This document shows positions 1 to 8,916 of a stretch of 64,000 nucleotides of DNA, in pieces. The notes under the pieces were generated by a model. That model made no database searches. It had not been told where the DNA came from and saw only the letters and a program-made list of their open reading frames with translations. Made by a program: the position numbers and the translations under genes. Positions within the stretch are counted from its first letter, which is position 1; the number at the start of each line of letters is the position of its first letter. The stretch comes from Bryobacterales bacterium (GTDB lineage Bacteria > Acidobacteriota > Terriglobia > Bryobacterales > Bryobacteraceae), in contig CAVQZK010000015.1 of assembly GCA_963718465.1 (NCBI GenBank), positions 1,184 through 65,183 of the forward strand. The letters run 5' to 3'.

Positions 1-174
1 CGAAATTTCCGTAAGTGTGCGGAAGGATGCGCGAGTTGTCGAGGGTGAAGAGCAAAGGCGGAGGCCATCTGACGCGGATCAACGACATTGGTGAACGTCA
101 TGGATTTGGAGATGAAGCTTTGAAATACCGGCAGCCGCTTCGGACGTCCCAAGCTTTGTCGGAATGCGAACCCT

Positions 175-857
175 CTAAATCGGCTGCCCGTAGTAAGCGC
201 TTGCTCCATGTTTGCGCAGGAAGTGCTTATCGCGGAGTGCTTCGGAGATGCCATTCACGTCGGCTTTAATTGTAGCGTCGGAAAAGATGTGCGCCAAGCC
301 TCGACAATAACGGCGGAATATGCCGCATCGGTAAGCTGGGTCCCCGACAGAACGGCGCATGCCATTTCACCGAAACAGCTGTCGTGGCTAACGGGTCGAG
401 TCGGCTGAGACGCTTAATAATGACTGGCCGGATATTCCATTCGTATTCGGATTCGATTTCCCTGGCTACATCGCTGGGGCCACCGGAATGGCGCTCGGAA
501 GTAATCCTCGTGGGTGGTGCCCAGGCGAGGTATCTCGACGCCCGCCTGCGCCCATGCGGTGGCGTAGCGCGAATGTGTGTGTACAACTCCGTGACACCAG
601 GAAATGCTTGATAAAGCGCCACATGAGTCGGCAGATCGAACAGGGACGCAGGCCTCCATGATGATCTTGCCGTTGAGATCGGTCACGACGAGGTCGGCTG
701 GGGTAAGTTTGTCGTACTCCACGCCGCTGGGCTTGATGACCACGCGGCCGCTGTCCGGTCGAACCCGCTGGCGTTCCCAAAGGTGAAGATCACCAGTCCG
801 CCGCACACTAGCTCCAGATTGGCTTCGATACCTGTTCGCGCAACCTATTAGGTCCAT
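175..857 (-). pseudogene. araD: L-ribulose-5-phosphate 4-epimerase (AraD), reading frame broken many times
   Basis: AraD-family peptides are present on the minus strand but spread over all three frames: IEANLELV..FTFGNASGFD, VVIKPSGVEYDKLTPADLVVTDLNGKII, GGLRP, LYQAFPGV, GVVHTHSRYATAWAQAGVEIPRLGTTHEDYF, EIESEYEWN, KHFLRKHGASAYYGQ (ORFs 414-941, 466-780, 266-622, 175-360). No single ORF spans them. The ATG at 857 overlaps the araB stop. Confidence 0.8.
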
Positions 858-2430
858 TTCGCAATTCTTGCCTCGGCAGCTACCCGCGCAAGTCGGGCAG
901 CACGTCTCCAATAGTGATGGCCTCTGATCTCTTCGCCCCAAGCAGAGTAGAGCCGCTTGTAAAGTCGGAACCAGGTCTTGGAAACGGTAACACTAGCAGG
1001 TTCGGGATGAAGACCGGTGATAGGGGCACAGATGCGCTTGTGCTTCTTGCACGGTTTGGATGCGCGCGCGGCCAGAAATGCAAAGATGGCAGACCCGAGG
1101 CTTGTGACATCGCCTTCCGGTACCAGAATGGGCTTGTTCAGCACATTCGCGTAGACCTGATTCAACTTTTCGTTGCGCTGCGGGATGCCGCCGCCATTGA
1201 TGATCCGCTCTACCGCGGTTCCGTGCTCGGCCATGCGGTTTAGAATGACGCGCATATGGAACGCCGTTCCTTCGATAGCGGCGAAAAGTTCATCTTGCGG
1301 CGTGCTTGTCAGGTGCCAACCAAAGGTTACACCGCCGTGTTCCGGATTTACCAGAACCGTTCGATCGCCGTTCTCCCACGTCATCCGTAACAAGCCGGTT
1401 TGACCGGGCCGGTAAGTGGCGATGCCCTTGGCGAGTTCGCTCGCGGTAGTTCCAGCACGCCGCGCGATGGCTTCAAAAATGTCACCGACCGCCGAAAGTC
1501 CAGCTTCAATGCCGGTCATGGCCGGATCGACCGATCCGGGAACCACGCCGCAAACACCAGGTACTAAGCTTGGCTTATCGCTTAAACCGATAATGCAGGT
1601 TGACGTCCCGATGACGTTTACGACATCGCCCAGTTTGACCCCCGCGCCGACGGCATCCCAATGCGCATCGAAGGCGCCTACCGGAATGGGTATCCCCGCA
1701 TCCAGCCCGAGTCTTGCGGCCCATTCCTCGCAACGTCCCGGCAATCGAGGTTGAAGTGCGGTACGGCCTCCCAGTTTCGTGCGGATACCGATCAGAAGCG
1801 GATCAGTTTAATCAGGAAACCTTCGGGAGGAAGACCGCCCAACGATTCGTTCCACATCCACTTGTGGCCCATGGCGCAGATAGATCGCGGGGCATTGTTG
1901 ATGGTGTGGATGCCGCATAGAACAGTGGCCACATAATCGCAGTGTTCGAAAGCGGTGACGAAGTGTTCGCGCTTTTCAGGATTGTGGCGCAGCCAGTGAA
2001 GGAGTTTTGAGAAGCCCCATTCCGAGGAATAAACGCCGCCGCACCATTTGATGGCCAGGAGGCCCGATTCATGAGCCTTTTCGGTGATTTCTTGTGCTTC
2101 GCGCCAGGCGCGGTGGTCGCACCAAAGGTAGTAATCGTCCAGCGGTTCGAGATCGTCGCCTACCGGGATCACGCTGGATCCGGTAGTATCGAGCGCAATG
2201 GATCGAACGGCATTCCCCGGCACGCCGGCTTCCGCTAGCGCTTTACGGGTGGCTTCGACCAGAGCCGACATGTGGTCGGCGTGGCTTTGCGTCGCGAAAT
2301 CGGGATCCTCTCTTTTGCGGTGAAGCGGATATTCGCCTATGCCCGAGCCGAGCCTCCCCTTCTCGCTGTCGAAAATCGAGACGCGAACATTCAACGTTCC
2401 GAAGTCGACGCCCGCTACTACCGTGCTCAT
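848..2430 (-). pseudogene. araB: Ribulokinase (FGGY family), split by one frameshift
   Basis: ORF 1792-2430 (VAGVDFGT, GGVYSSEWGFSKLLHW, GHKWMWNESLGGLPPEGF) is the N-terminal half. ORF 848-1744 (EEWAARLGL, VIGTSTC, GIEAGLSAVGDIF, GGGIPQRNEKLNQVYANVL) is the C-terminal half in another frame. The continuous reading LIKL-DPLLIGIRTKLGG is restored by adding one G at about 1801-1806. Confidence 0.85.
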
Positions 2431-3862
2431 GCTTTATGCCAGTACATGTCCCATTTCAGGTATTTTGTTGTGGCTTCGTAAACCACATCGGATACTTGGC
2501 CAGGTTAGCAGCGGTATGATGCTCAAAACCGCGTTCACAGATGAACCGCAATAGATCTTGCAGCCTTTAATTTCGACAACGCCCGCGCCGCCGAACGTTT
2601 CCAGCGGGTCATCGGTAAACTGGCCGTCGCCCACATAGCCGCGCACCCGGCCGTGTTGTCGTCGGTTGAAATGCGGCAGAAGCTCATGGGCCCGATTTGA
2701 CACGGCCCACGCAGGTGCCGAACGTGTTCAATTTGCCCACGGTGCCGGCGATAATTTCCTGAAAATCCATGCGCACGTCGGCAAAGAAGTGTTTAGGCAG
2801 ATTGCTGCAGTGGAAGCAGACGGCTTTGTTCGGATCGTCGCCATAATTATTGTTCCAATCGAGCAGCGCGCTCGGAGTTTCCGAGGCAAGGCGCAGCGCA
2901 TGCATGCCCACAACGCCAGTGATATCTACTTCGCAGGCGCTCGACATGAGCTCGTTGCTCATCATGCTCATCACCGTGCAGGGAACTACGCCGAAATACT
3001 CTTCCAGCGATGTCCAACATTGGACGGCGCTTATCGCGTGTCGGTTTCCTTCATCCAGCCATCGACCACCGCGCCCAGTTTGGCCATCTTCATCAATGAG
3101 GATGCCGGAACATCCTTGGTCGATACATACGAATTAATCGCGCTCAATTTCGCCTGCGTAGCCGGATCGTCGTCTTTCAGCTTGTCGATGCGGCCGAGGA
3201 TCTCGGAAAGATCGAGCGTGATGATAGAAATGCCGTTGGTCTTCAAGAATTTTTTCGCTGTAGCGGACAGTGTTGAAGGCTTGCGGCCGGGCGCCGAGGG
3301 AGCCGATCCGCAAATTACGCAGACCGCGAACTACGCGCGTCACTCCCAGAAACCATTCGAGATCGCTGGCAAATTCGGGTGAGTCGGGAGCTTCGGTGTG
3401 AAGCGTGGTGAGCGAGTACGGAATGCCGTACTGCATCAGGTTATTGCAAGCCGACATTTTTCCGCAGAAGCTGTCGCGGCGGTCGCGGATGGTCATCTTG
3501 TTCTGCGAATCCGGCGTGGCTTGAATCAGAACCGGGACTTGCAGTCCGGACCGGCGCAGCGTATCGGCAATGGCGCGTTCGTCGCCAAAATTGGGGAGAG
3601 TCACGATCACGCCGTCCAGCGTGTCTCGATGTTTGCGAAACAGATCGGCGCAGCGTTTGGCTTCCTCAAATGTTTCGACGGCGCCGAATTTCGATTCATC
3701 GGTGGTAAGGGCAACTACCTCGACGCCCGCTTTTGTGAGAACGCGGAGCATGTCTTGGCGGCCTTCCGCGGCCAGGTGATCTGGGAAAAATCCCCGGTTG
3801 CCGACAATGAGTCCCAGCTTAGCGGGTTGTTTAGTTGACGATGGCATTACTGTTTCCGGCAT
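2427..3862 (-). pseudogene. L-fucose/L-arabinose isomerase family protein, multiple frameshifts
   Basis: Family-typical pieces alternate between frames in ORFs 3134-3931 (KLGLIVGNRGFFPDHL..RIGSLGARPQAFNTVRYSEKILE), 3031-3246 (GISIITLDLSEILGRIDKLKDDDP), 2684-2974 (MMSNELMSSACEVDITG..LLDWNNNYGDDPNKAVCFHCSNLPKHFF) and 2434-2703. Two unlisted short segments also belong to it (LQDLLRFICERGFEHHTAANLAKY; VVYEATTKYLKWDMYWHKA-stop). The stop at 2427-2429 overlaps the araB ATG (ATGA). Confidence 0.75.
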
Positions 3863-3872
3863 TACTGTTTCT
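3843..3872. repeat. 15-bp tandem duplication (GGCATTACTGTTTCC / GGCATTACTGTTTCT)
   Basis: Read directly from the sequence, 14/15 identical. On the coding (minus) strand each copy carries CAGTAATGCC, the TAATG stop/start junction between the small membrane gene and the isomerase. This gives ETVMPETVMP. Confidence 0.9.
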
Positions 3873-4077
3873 TTGGATAAAAGCGCACAAAGTAGACAAC
3901 TCCGATGATAAACAGCAGCAGACCCCACCAAATACCCATGTGTAGCTGCGAGAGCACTACGGGATGGGCATCCGGATGCGATTTGTCGTACAAACCGGCG
4001 CTGGTGATCAAGATACCGTAGGTGGTGAGCAGCACACCGATGAAAAACCAGATTGAGAGGCGTCCGTGTCCGTGCAT
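3862..4077 (-). CDS. Small two-helix membrane protein co-transcribed with the SSS symporter
   Basis: The 71-aa ORF has two hydrophobic stretches (LSIWFFIGVLLTTYGILITSAGL; IWWGLLLFIIGVVYFV). It starts 9 nt after the symporter stop on the same strand. Confidence 0.6.
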   Translation of the reverse strand: MHGHGRLSIWFFIGVLLTTYGILITSAGLYDKSHPDAHPVVLSQLHMGIWWGLLLFIIGVVYFVRFYPKKQ

Positions 4078-4085
4078 GTTCTCAC

Positions 4086-5804
4086 CTAAAAGAAAATTGC
4101 GTTCACTATAACCAGAACGATAGCAACCGCCACGGCCCAGAAGATAGGGCGCTGGTAGAGCGGCAAATGGCCTTCAGATGGTATTTCGGTTGCGCCATAA
4201 ACCAAACCGGTCAACTCGCTTTCCGGCCTTGGCGTAGTCATATAACTTACCGCCACCGTTACCACTACGCAGATGATCCACGACCACAGCGCGCGATACA
4301 TGTTCTCGGCCATCGGTTTGGCATTGGGGGAAAGCGCAATATACTGTAACGCCGATGGATTTTTCACCACCCAGGCCCACATAGAGATCGAGCTGACTGT
4401 TCCGGCAAGCAGGCCCCAGAATCCGCCTGCAGGCGTGGCACGTTTCCAGAGCATGCCCAAAATCACCGTGCCGAACAGCGGCGCTATGAAGAAACTAAAA
4501 AGCGCCTGGACGTAATCCATAATGCTCGAAAACTGCATGACGAGATACGCGGTGCCAATGCTGATTAGTACACCCAGCACAGTACACCATTTTCCGACGT
4601 TTACATAATGCCTGTCGGCAGCGTCCTTGCGCAGGACTGCGCGGTAGATGTCGTAGGTCCAAACAGTAGCGAAGGCGCTGACATTGCCTGCCATTCCCGA
4701 CATAAAACCGGCAATGAGCGCCGTTATTCCGAGGCCCAGCAGACCAGGTCCGCAATAGCGTGCCAACATTAACGGCAAAACATCGTTATAGGTATGCGCG
4801 GAGGGATTAAGGGCCTGAGCAGATTCCGCGACAAGGTGTTCAGGAAGCACCGCCAAACCGAGCAAGCCAGGCAAGATGACGATCAGCGGCACTGCCATCT
4901 TAAAGGCCGCGCCAATTATGGGCGCCATCTTCGCACTGCGAAGATCTTTCGCTGCAAGCACGCGTTGGACCACCAAAAAATCAGTCGTCCAGTAGCCGAA
5001 TGAAATTACAAATCCCAGTCCCAATACCAAGCCAGTCCAATGGATGCCCATCGGATTGGCGGTAAAGGAAGCCGTAGTGGACCACATATGGGTGTAGTCC
5101 TGGCCTGGATAACGTTCATGGATGCGCGCGACCACGCCGCTCCAGCCGCCCGTTTCATAAAGCCCAAGGATAGTAATGACCAGCGCCCCGAGCCAAATCA
5201 GGAAGAACTGCAGAACCTCGTTAAAAATGGCGGAGAGCAGGCCGCCTAAGAAAACGTATCCCGCGACCGTGAGGGAAGAGACCCAAATGCTGAAGTTGAG
5301 ATCCCAGCCGAGAACGATCTCCATGACTTTCGCCATGGAGAACATATTGATGCCGCTCATGAGGACGGTCATGAAACCGAACGAAACGGCTGAGAGCAGG
5401 CGGGACGATTCACCGAAACGCAGCTTCAAATAGCCTGGGACGGAGTGGGTTTTGGAGATGTAATAGAACGGCATCATCACAATCCCCAGGAAAAGCATGG
5501 CGGGAATAGCGCCGATCCAATACCAATGCGCGGCCAGGATTCCATATTGATAAGCGGAGCCCGCCCAACCCATCAATTCAAGCGCGCCCAAGTTCGCCGC
5601 CACGAAACTCAAGCCGGCCACCCAGGAGCTCATGTCGCGGCCGGCCATGAAAAAGTCTTCGCCGGTCTTCGTGAAATTTTTCAAATAGAACCCGATGCCC
5701 AGCACCATCACGAAATAGAGCGCGATGATAACCAGATCGATTGGGCCGACGGAAAGCAGCTTTTTTGAAGCGGCTTGCAGAAGTAGAGCGAGAATAGGGT
5801 GCAT
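4086..5804 (-). CDS. Sodium:solute symporter (SSS family) sugar transporter
   Basis: Intact 572-aa polytopic ORF with SSS-like helices and length. It heads the pentose-catabolism gene string. Confidence 0.88.
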   Translation of the reverse strand: MHPILALLLQAASKKLLSVGPIDLVIIALYFVMVLGIGFYLKNFTKTGEDFFMAGRDMSSWVAGLSFVAANLGALELMGWAGSAYQYGILAAHWYWIGAIPAMLFLGIVMMPFYYISKTHSVPGYLKLRFGESSRLLSAVSFGFMTVLMSGINMFSMAKVMEIVLGWDLNFSIWVSSLTVAGYVFLGGLLSAIFNEVLQFFLIWLGALVITILGLYETGGWSGVVARIHERYPGQDYTHMWSTTASFTANPMGIHWTGLVLGLGFVISFGYWTTDFLVVQRVLAAKDLRSAKMAPIIGAAFKMAVPLIVILPGLLGLAVLPEHLVAESAQALNPSAHTYNDVLPLMLARYCGPGLLGLGITALIAGFMSGMAGNVSAFATVWTYDIYRAVLRKDAADRHYVNVGKWCTVLGVLISIGTAYLVMQFSSIMDYVQALFSFFIAPLFGTVILGMLWKRATPAGGFWGLLAGTVSSISMWAWVVKNPSALQYIALSPNAKPMAENMYRALWSWIICVVVTVAVSYMTTPRPESELTGLVYGATEIPSEGHLPLYQRPIFWAVAVAIVLVIVNAIFF

Positions 5805-5931
5805 GTTGGCTATCTAGTCTGCTTGGACCGGATGAAAAACATCCACGGCCACGGAGGTAGCCGCCAGCATTTGGCAGAAACGCCATTTATATCACGTTGG
5901 GAAATGAAAACGCTTTCTTTTCTCGACTACG

Positions 5932-6972
5932 TCACTGTTTGACTGCCCACGCAAGGCCGTCAGGCCCAGGTCCGGCGTCGATATGGCCAGTTACTTCTAT
6001 ACTTTTCAGATCGATAACGGCGACATAGTCGTCTGGGGTGCAAGCCACAAATGCGCGGGACCCATTTGGGTCCATTAGAATGCCTGCTGCTCCCCGCCCG
6101 ACTTTGATTCGCCTGACTACTTTCCGGGTTGAGGAATCCATCACCGTTACATCGGGACCGCCTAGTGTGGAGATAAGCGCCAGTTTGCCGTCAGTCGTGA
6201 ATTTCAGTCGATTTGCCCCTCTCACGTCGGCGGCAAGAGTGCCCGTTACCTTTTTGCCTGCCAAGTCGATTACCGAGACCGTGCCATCCCCGGCATCCGC
6301 TGTCCAGAGTTCTTTCCCATCGGGCGTGATGTCGAAACCCTCCGCGCCTTTGCCGACGGGAATAACGGTTTCTTCCCAATCAGGGCCGGCCGGCGGTCCT
6401 GGGGGAGCGCCGCCACGGGTTCCAGCAGGCGGTCCCCCTGGGCCTGGACTGTGCCTCGTTACTTGCTCTATTATGCTTACTGTTGCCGAACTGACATTGG
6501 TCGTTACTATCCTCTTCAGATCTGTAGACAAGGCAAGCATGTGCGTTCTGTCCTGCCCAGTACCCAGGATGAAATCGATTTTCTGCTGGGCCGGATCGTA
6601 GCTGCCGATCGCCTTTGCGGCTTCGGCCGTGAACCAGACTTTCCCGCCGGCAAAGTCCAAGCCATGCGGACCGCGCAGAGCGCCCAGGTCTATTGACTGA
6701 AGAGCTTTCTGCTCCGCCAGGTCGATCACCGCCAGCGTGTGGTAAGCCCCGCCTCCGTAGTTAGAGACATAGGCAATCTTGCCGTCTGAAGAGGCGATAA
6801 CTTCATGGGGGTCGGGACCAACCGGCGCTTTAGCAAGCACCTTGAGGGTCGCAGGATCGATGATCGCCAGCGTGTGATCGCCCTTTGAGAGAACCAGCAG
6901 CGTGGAGGTCTGCGCCCACAAAGCGCCCAACGTCAAGAGAGGTAGAAAACGTCTGAGACAAGTGATTCTCAT
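5932..6972 (-). CDS. Exported YVTN-repeat beta-propeller protein
   Basis: Signal peptide (LPLLTLGALWAQ). Repeated strand motifs of the type VIDLA/VIDPAT..GPHGL. A Pro/Gly-rich insert (PGPGGPPAGTRGGAPPGPPAGP) sits mid-protein. Confidence 0.8.
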   Translation of the reverse strand: MRITCLRRFLPLLTLGALWAQTSTLLVLSKGDHTLAIIDPATLKVLAKAPVGPDPHEVIASSDGKIAYVSNYGGGAYHTLAVIDLAEQKALQSIDLGALRGPHGLDFAGGKVWFTAEAAKAIGSYDPAQQKIDFILGTGQDRTHMLALSTDLKRIVTTNVSSATVSIIEQVTRHSPGPGGPPAGTRGGAPPGPPAGPDWEETVIPVGKGAEGFDITPDGKELWTADAGDGTVSVIDLAGKKVTGTLAADVRGANRLKFTTDGKLALISTLGGPDVTVMDSSTRKVVRRIKVGRGAAGILMDPNGSRAFVACTPDDYVAVIDLKSIEVTGHIDAGPGPDGLAWAVKQ

Positions 6973-6990
6973 ACTGATGAGAATAGAGCA

Positions 6991-7566
6991 TCACTTGTTG
7001 ATGGAATGCTGCGCTTCGGCCACCAACTCGCGAGACGGCGTCAGATTGCGATCGAAATAATGCTTGAGTCCTTTCAGAAACCAAGTGTTCCGAAAACCCG
7101 AAGCCTTCATTTCCTGATAGGCGCGGTCTGTCGGCATGTCAAGGAAGTAAATCCGGTACAATCCCGCCAGCAAGCTTGTGCGGTCCCGGCCCAGAACGCA
7201 GTGCAGGTAAATAGGCTGATATTTTGCCGCCCGCATGCACTGCAATGCGTCATTTACATGTTTGGCGGAGGGAGCGATTGGCGAAGCGTTCATTGGCACG
7301 GACACGAAAGCGATTCCGTACTTGCGTGCTTTCTTCGTTTCGGGTCCGGTAAGGCCCGGAAGGAAATGAACCTCCAGAATGTAACGGATGCCGTGGCTCC
7401 GCAGGAATTCAAAATCTGCATCGTTATGCGGTTTCGAACCGAAGTACACGTTCCCGCCTATTTGCGAGAAGTGGCGGAGAAAGGTGCCGGTGGACGGATG
7501 CACTTGGCCTGAAGCGGGACGCAGGGATAGCGAACAAAATAGTAAGAGGGTGGTTTTCATCATCAA
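6991..7566 (-). CDS. Exported Cys-based protein-tyrosine/dual-specificity phosphatase family protein
   Basis: N-terminal signal peptide (MMMKTTLLLFCSLSL) and an HCX5R(S/T) P-loop (HCVLGRDRTS). Confidence 0.8.
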   Translation of the reverse strand: MMMKTTLLLFCSLSLRPASGQVHPSTGTFLRHFSQIGGNVYFGSKPHNDADFEFLRSHGIRYILEVHFLPGLTGPETKKARKYGIAFVSVPMNASPIAPSAKHVNDALQCMRAAKYQPIYLHCVLGRDRTSLLAGLYRIYFLDMPTDRAYQEMKASGFRNTWFLKGLKHYFDRNLTPSRELVAEAQHSINK

Positions 7567-7630
7567 TCGATTTAGCGCACTGGCGAGAAATAATATCGTG
7601 CGCCGTCAGATGATGGAGGTGAGCCGGACC

Positions 7631-8122
7631 TTACGTGTTTCTAAAAGACACCTGGCGGCCCGGAATGAGATGGCGGAATCGCTCAAAGAAAGATTGATTA
7701 GCCGAGGCGCGCGGCCTGCTTGAGCTGCTGATTAGTTCCACCAGGCTTTCCGCTTCGTCTATTCGGCCCGCGATTACTTCAGTCAGGCCGGAATCGAGCA
7801 CCAGACGAACTTCCGCACGCCGGTTCATGACATAACCGGTTAAGACCAGTAGCCCGGCCGCTGCCAGAGGAAAACCGAATCCATCGCCATCGCTCGATGA
7901 AAAAGCGGCGGCTGAAAGAATGAAAATTGCCCCGGCAATCGCCAGCATGCCCGAGTATGTGTGCTTACGCGTGTCCATTCGCGCAATCCGCGAGCGCGGG
8001 ATAATTACGTGCGCTTGACGTTCCGCTCTTCGGATCACCAGATAATGTTCGGTTACTGCCGCCAACGAATTGCGTTTAACGATTTGCTCGTCGCCTATCG
8101 CTCCCGAAACCGTGCCTGTCAT
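7631..8122 (-). CDS. Hypothetical membrane protein (two central TM helices)
   Basis: 163-aa ORF, co-directional with its neighbours, with a hydrophobic core MLAIAGAIFILSAAAF..FPLAAAGLLVLTGYVM. No recognisable catalytic motif. Confidence 0.5.
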   Translation of the reverse strand: MTGTVSGAIGDEQIVKRNSLAAVTEHYLVIRRAERQAHVIIPRSRIARMDTRKHTYSGMLAIAGAIFILSAAAFSSSDGDGFGFPLAAAGLLVLTGYVMNRRAEVRLVLDSGLTEVIAGRIDEAESLVELISSSSRPRASANQSFFERFRHLIPGRQVSFRNT

Positions 8123-8215
8123 AGTGTTAACCGCCTTTACTCACCAGCCACTACGAATAAAGATGCGGTGAGCGCGGCTTAGGGTTCCAAGTTGTCGTTC
8201 TTTCCTGCTTCCAAG

Positions 8216-8842
8216 TTAGTGAAGTTCGGAACCTGCTTCAGTCCGGACTTGGGCCAGAAAAGCCGCCAGCGTGCCGATCCGGCCTTCCGCCAATTTGCGT
8301 GCCGTCGGTAGGTGAAGCTGGCCGGGCAATTGGTCAATCGCTTTCTGTAAAGACTTCACTGCATCGGTGAAATCGTTGAATCTGGTGTCGCGGCCCACTT
8401 TGCAAACTGTGCGAAGAATGCCCATTGCACCGAGTTGTTCAAGGATATCGGCATCGCGCAGAATCTCCCCTTCGCGAATAGTGGGCCGATCCTTCGGTTG
8501 ATGCGTGCGGATAGCTTCAACCACCAGCGCGATCTTTTCGGGCGGAAATCCGAAACGTTCTAAAATGCCGGGCGCCTTCTGCATCGAATAAGCCGCATGG
8601 TCCCAACGCTGGAGTTGTTCCAGATCTTCGGGCCGGTGTCCGGCGAATGCGCCCAGATCGTGCAGCCAGGCCGCAGCATAGACGACGTCGTCATCGTATT
8701 CGAGGCCTTCGCCCACCTGACGCGTGAGCGCGTAGAGCCGCGGTTGATGGCCGAACTTCTCGCGAGGCTGGGCCTCTTCCGCTATATATCCGGCAATTCC
8801 CTGCCGAAAATCGTTAGATGCCATTTGCTGATAGCATGGCAT
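8216..8842 (-). CDS. HD-domain phosphohydrolase
   Basis: H..HD signature (AAWLHDLG) and a downstream D (RDADILEQLG). 208 aa. An alternative start at 8824 is possible. Confidence 0.8.
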   Translation of the reverse strand: MPCYQQMASNDFRQGIAGYIAEEAQPREKFGHQPRLYALTRQVGEGLEYDDDVVYAAAWLHDLGAFAGHRPEDLEQLQRWDHAAYSMQKAPGILERFGFPPEKIALVVEAIRTHQPKDRPTIREGEILRDADILEQLGAMGILRTVCKVGRDTRFNDFTDAVKSLQKAIDQLPGQLHLPTARKLAEGRIGTLAAFLAQVRTEAGSELH

Positions 8843-8875
8843 TCGTTCCCGTCAACTCAAATCCTCTAACTTATA

Positions 8876-8904
8876 TTGACACCCGATATCGAATATTCGA
8901 TATT
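8876..8904 (+). promoter_or_regulatory. Sigma70-like promoter (TTGACA-17-GATATT) overlapping a perfect 18-bp palindrome, a candidate operator
   Basis: TTGACA is at 8876-8881 and GATATT at 8899-8904. ATATCGAATATTCGATAT at 8886-8903 equals its own reverse complement. The site lies in the 74-bp divergent gap between the HD gene and the ADOP permease (ATG 8917). Confidence 0.4.
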
Positions 8905-8916
8905 ATCAATTAACTC

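Noticed and set aside
1-101. A minus-strand ORF starting at ATG 101-99 (MTFTNVVDPRQMASAFALHPRQLAHPSAHLRKF..) runs off the left edge, downstream of araD.
   Set aside because: Only 33 codons are visible, with no SD and no recognisable motif. I cannot tell it from a chance open frame.
2666-3382. A 238-aa plus-strand ORF lies antisense to the isomerase gene.
   Set aside because: It lies entirely opposite clearly homologous (though broken) isomerase coding sequence. Its composition is typical of antisense frames in GC-rich DNA.
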